Assembly (NCBI GenBank): GCA_963677435.1
Contig: OY781945.1
Span: 2,304,001 to 2,368,000 of the forward strand
Source: an uncultured Aliarcobacter sp.
GTDB lineage: Bacteria > Campylobacterota > Campylobacteria > Campylobacterales > Arcobacteraceae
Length of the DNA: 64,000 nt
Direction: 5' to 3'
The position numbers and the translations under genes are program-made. The number at the start of each line of letters is the position of its first letter. Position 1 is the stretch's first letter. Positions 61,356 through 64,000 of this stretch are shown here, one piece after another. The notes beneath the pieces are model-generated. The model did not search any database and was not told the DNA's origin. It saw only the letters and a program-made list of their open reading frames with translations.

Positions 61356-62270
61356 TTATTTTTTAAAATTATTTATCCAATGGTTTGCAATATCAACCCT
61401 TTTACAAAACCAAACATCATCAAATTTTCTTACATATTCCAAAAATCTTCTCATAGCCATAATTTTTCCAGGATGTCCTAAGATTCTACAATGCATGCCA
61501 ATTGACATCATTTTAGGATTTGTTTTACCCTCAGAATATAAAACATCAAAACTATCTTTTAAATAGTTAAAAAATTGATCACTATAAGAAAAACCATTTG
61601 GCAAAAATCTCATATCGTTATTATCCATTGTATAGGGAATTACAAGATGTTGTTTTGTAGTTATTTCAGGAGCAAAATATGGCAAATCATCATTATAAGC
61701 ATCACTGTCATACAAAAATCCACCCTCTTCTACAACTAATTTTCGTGTATTTTCACTATCTCGTCCGGTGTACCAACCAAGTGGTCTTTTACCTATCATT
61801 TTTGTTAGAACTTCTATACTTTTATAAAGATGATCTCGTTCTATTGATTCCTCTATTTTTTGATAATTAATCCATCTATATCCATGAGAGCAGATGTCAT
61901 AATCATTTAAAGCTAAATATTCAGCTAATTTTGGATTTCTAGCAACTGCCATTGCAACTGCAAAAATAGTAACTGGAATATCAAACTCTTTAAAAAGCTC
62001 TAAAATTCTCCATACACCAACCCTTGAACCATACTCGTAAAGTGATTCAATTGATTTATGTCTTTGTCCTACAAAAGCTTCTGGATTTATCATATCAGAT
62101 AAAAAAATTTCAGATGATTTATCTCCATTAAGAATGCAGTTTTCTGCTCCTTCTTCATAATTTAAAACAAATTGTAAAGCAACTTTTGCATTATTTGGCC
62201 ATTTTGGATTTATTGGTTCATTTGCATAACCAATTAAATCTCTTGGGTAATTTTCTATTTCAAAGTTCAT
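61356..62270 (-). CDS. puuE: Allantoinase PuuE (polysaccharide deacetylase fold)
   Basis: YPRDLIGY, LNYEEG, ESLYEYGSRVGVWR, HGYRW, GWYTGRDS, MMSIGMHCR. Confidence 0.93.
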   Translation of the reverse strand: MNFEIENYPRDLIGYANEPINPKWPNNAKVALQFVLNYEEGAENCILNGDKSSEIFLSDMINPEAFVGQRHKSIESLYEYGSRVGVWRILELFKEFDIPVTIFAVAMAVARNPKLAEYLALNDYDICSHGYRWINYQKIEESIERDHLYKSIEVLTKMIGKRPLGWYTGRDSENTRKLVVEEGGFLYDSDAYNDDLPYFAPEITTKQHLVIPYTMDNNDMRFLPNGFSYSDQFFNYLKDSFDVLYSEGKTNPKMMSIGMHCRILGHPGKIMAMRRFLEYVRKFDDVWFCKRVDIANHWINNFKK

Positions 62271-62956
62271 ATTGTTTCTCTAAAATTTGCAGTTGGAGTT
62301 TTATCTACAATTGTTTTATTAAAATTTAATGCTTCAACACAATGATGTAAATGATGATTCATAATACTTTTTGCATAATCAACATCATTTGATTTAATTG
62401 CCTTTATTAAATCATTATGTTCATCATAAGAACAAAAACAAGAGTTACAATCTTCATAAACTAATCCAGCTAAAATACTTAAAGGAATAAGAGGAGTTAG
62501 GGCATTTATCAAAAATTCATTATCACTTAAAAGTGCAAGATTTAGATGAAAATCGCAAGATGTTTTAACATACTCACCATTTCTAAATGTTGTTTTTAAA
62601 TATTTTTCTGTTTCAACTTCATTTTTTAATACTGATAAATCAATTAATCCTAAGGTATATTTTTGAGTCACTAAAGTAATAATTCCAGCTTCAATAATAT
62701 TTCTAGCTTGATATACTTTTTTTGTATCATCTTCTGTTAGCCATTTAAGATTAAACCCTTGATTCTTTTTATATATAACAATTCCCATACTTTGTAGTTG
62801 ACTAAAAGCTTTTCGTACTGTATCTCGACTTACATCAAATTTTTGTGCAAAAACACTTTCAGATAATTTCATTCCAGGGTGAAATCGTTTATCAAATATT
62901 TCATCAAATATATAATTTATAATCACTTCATCAACTGCTAATTCACTATTATTCAT
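62267..62956 (-). CDS. GntR/FCD family transcriptional regulator
   Basis: PGMKLSE...FDVSRDTVRKA HTH; FCD motifs DFH, EHNDLI, MNHH. Confidence 0.9.
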   Translation of the reverse strand: MNNSELAVDEVIINYIFDEIFDKRFHPGMKLSESVFAQKFDVSRDTVRKAFSQLQSMGIVIYKKNQGFNLKWLTEDDTKKVYQARNIIEAGIITLVTQKYTLGLIDLSVLKNEVETEKYLKTTFRNGEYVKTSCDFHLNLALLSDNEFLINALTPLIPLSILAGLVYEDCNSCFCSYDEHNDLIKAIKSNDVDYAKSIMNHHLHHCVEALNFNKTIVDKTPTANFRETI

Positions 62957-62972
62957 AAATACTCCATCAAAT

Positions 62973-63208
62973 ATGTTCTACAATTATATATTATTGTCTA
63001 CAATTATTTTTCAGTTTTTTTGTACATAAAATATACATTTTTATGAATATTTTAAAATTTTATAATTGTATTAAAAAAATAAATATTTAAATGTTTATTT
63101 TATGTACAGATATTATGTTGACTAAATACAAATCATATCTTAGAATTGTGGAAATGATTGATACACATTATTTACTATTGTAGATAATCGACATAAAGTG
63201 TCAACAAT
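62973..63208. promoter_or_regulatory. GntR-type operator array and TTGACT-N17-TAGAAT promoter
   Basis: ATTGTCTACAAT (62993), ATGTTCTACAAT (62973), ATTGTAGATAAT (63177), AGTGTCAACAAT (63197); promoter at 63118-63146. Confidence 0.65.
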
Positions 63209-63226
63209 AATTCAAAAGGATAAAAG

Positions 63227-64000
63227 ATGTTAAAGAAATTAGTTAAGGCGTTTACAGTTGGTGCAATTCTTGCTAGTCAGTTTGCATATGCAGGAGATTT
63301 AGATTCTATTAAAGAAGTAAAAACAATAAAAATTGCAGTACCTCAAGACTTTCCTCCATTTGGTTCAGTTAGCAAAGATATGAGTGTTCAAGGTTATGAT
63401 ATTGATATGGCAAATTTTATTGCTAAAAAATTAAATGTTGAACTAAAATTAGTTCCAGTTACAAGTGCAAACAGAATTCCTTATTTACAAACAGGAAAAG
63501 TTGATTTAATTATTTCAAGTTTAGGAAAAAATCCAGAAAGAGAAAAAGCTATTGATTTCTCAAATGCTTATGCACCATTTTTCTTAGGTGTTTTTGGAAG
63601 TAAAGATGTAAGTGTATCAAATGCAGCTGAATTAAGTGGAAAAACAATTGGTGTTACAAGAGGTTCAGTTGAAGATATTGAGTTAAGTAAATTAGTTGAT
63701 TCAAGTGTAACTGTTAAAAGATTTGAAGATAACAACACAACAATTTCTGCTTATATTTCTGGACAAGTTAAATTAATAGCAACGGGAAATGTTATCGTAA
63801 GTGACATTGCAACAAAACATCCAAATAGTGCACCTGAGACTAAATTTGCAATTAAAAACTCTCCTTGTTTTATTGGTATGAAAAAAGATCAAGCAGAATT
63901 AAAACAATTTATTAATGATTTAATTAGTGAATTAAAAGAGAATGGTGAACTTAATAAAACATCATTAAAATGGTTAAAAGCTGATTTACCAAAAGATTTA
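63227..64000 (+). CDS. ABC transporter substrate-binding protein (family 3), runs off the window end; missing from the ORF track
   Basis: MLKKLVKAFTVGAILASQFAYAGDLDSIK...IAVPQDFPPFG...GYDID...VTSANRIPYLQTGKVD...IDFS; AAAGGA RBS. Confidence 0.9.
   Translation, partial: MLKKLVKAFTVGAILASQFAYAGDLDSIKEVKTIKIAVPQDFPPFGSVSKDMSVQGYDIDMANFIAKKLNVELKLVPVTSANRIPYLQTGKVDLIISSLGKNPEREKAIDFSNAYAPFFLGVFGSKDVSVSNAAELSGKTIGVTRGSVEDIELSKLVDSSVTVKRFEDNNTTISAYISGQVKLIATGNVIVSDIATKHPNSAPETKFAIKNSPCFIGMKKDQAELKQFINDLISELKENGELNKTSLKWLKADLPKDL

Overview
Very AT-rich bacterial chromosome segment, most consistent with an Arcobacteraceae (Campylobacterota) genome; this is inferred from gene content and protein style, not from a search. 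No CRISPR array, rRNA, transposase, integrase or prophage is visible. Main content: chemotaxis receptors and two-component systems, a D-alanine utilisation operon (ridA-dadA-agcS-alr with a YheO-type regulator), dinB, a dGTPase, and an RND efflux operon with its TetR repressor. A formate dehydrogenase cluster encodes FdhA as a selenoprotein that the ORF track splits at an in-frame UGA. The complete selenocysteine machinery is present: Sec-containing selD, tRNA-Sec, selA and selB. Further on lie a UvrD-like helicase followed by an uncharacterised exported protein pair, and an allantoin-to-ammonia cluster (puuE-alc-allA plus a urease lacking ureD). Best candidates for an undescribed system: (1) a Tat-exported transglutaminase-like enzyme plus MerT/MerP-like genes with no merA/merR, divergent from selD and preceded by a two-state, RBS-sequestering RNA leader; (2) the exported GH18-like and helical-repeat protein pair. 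Several unannotated elements were also read directly from the sequence: a 34-aa membrane peptide, a structured leader or sRNA, a 22-bp mRNA hairpin, a palindromic insert between ureF and ureG, and operator arrays.
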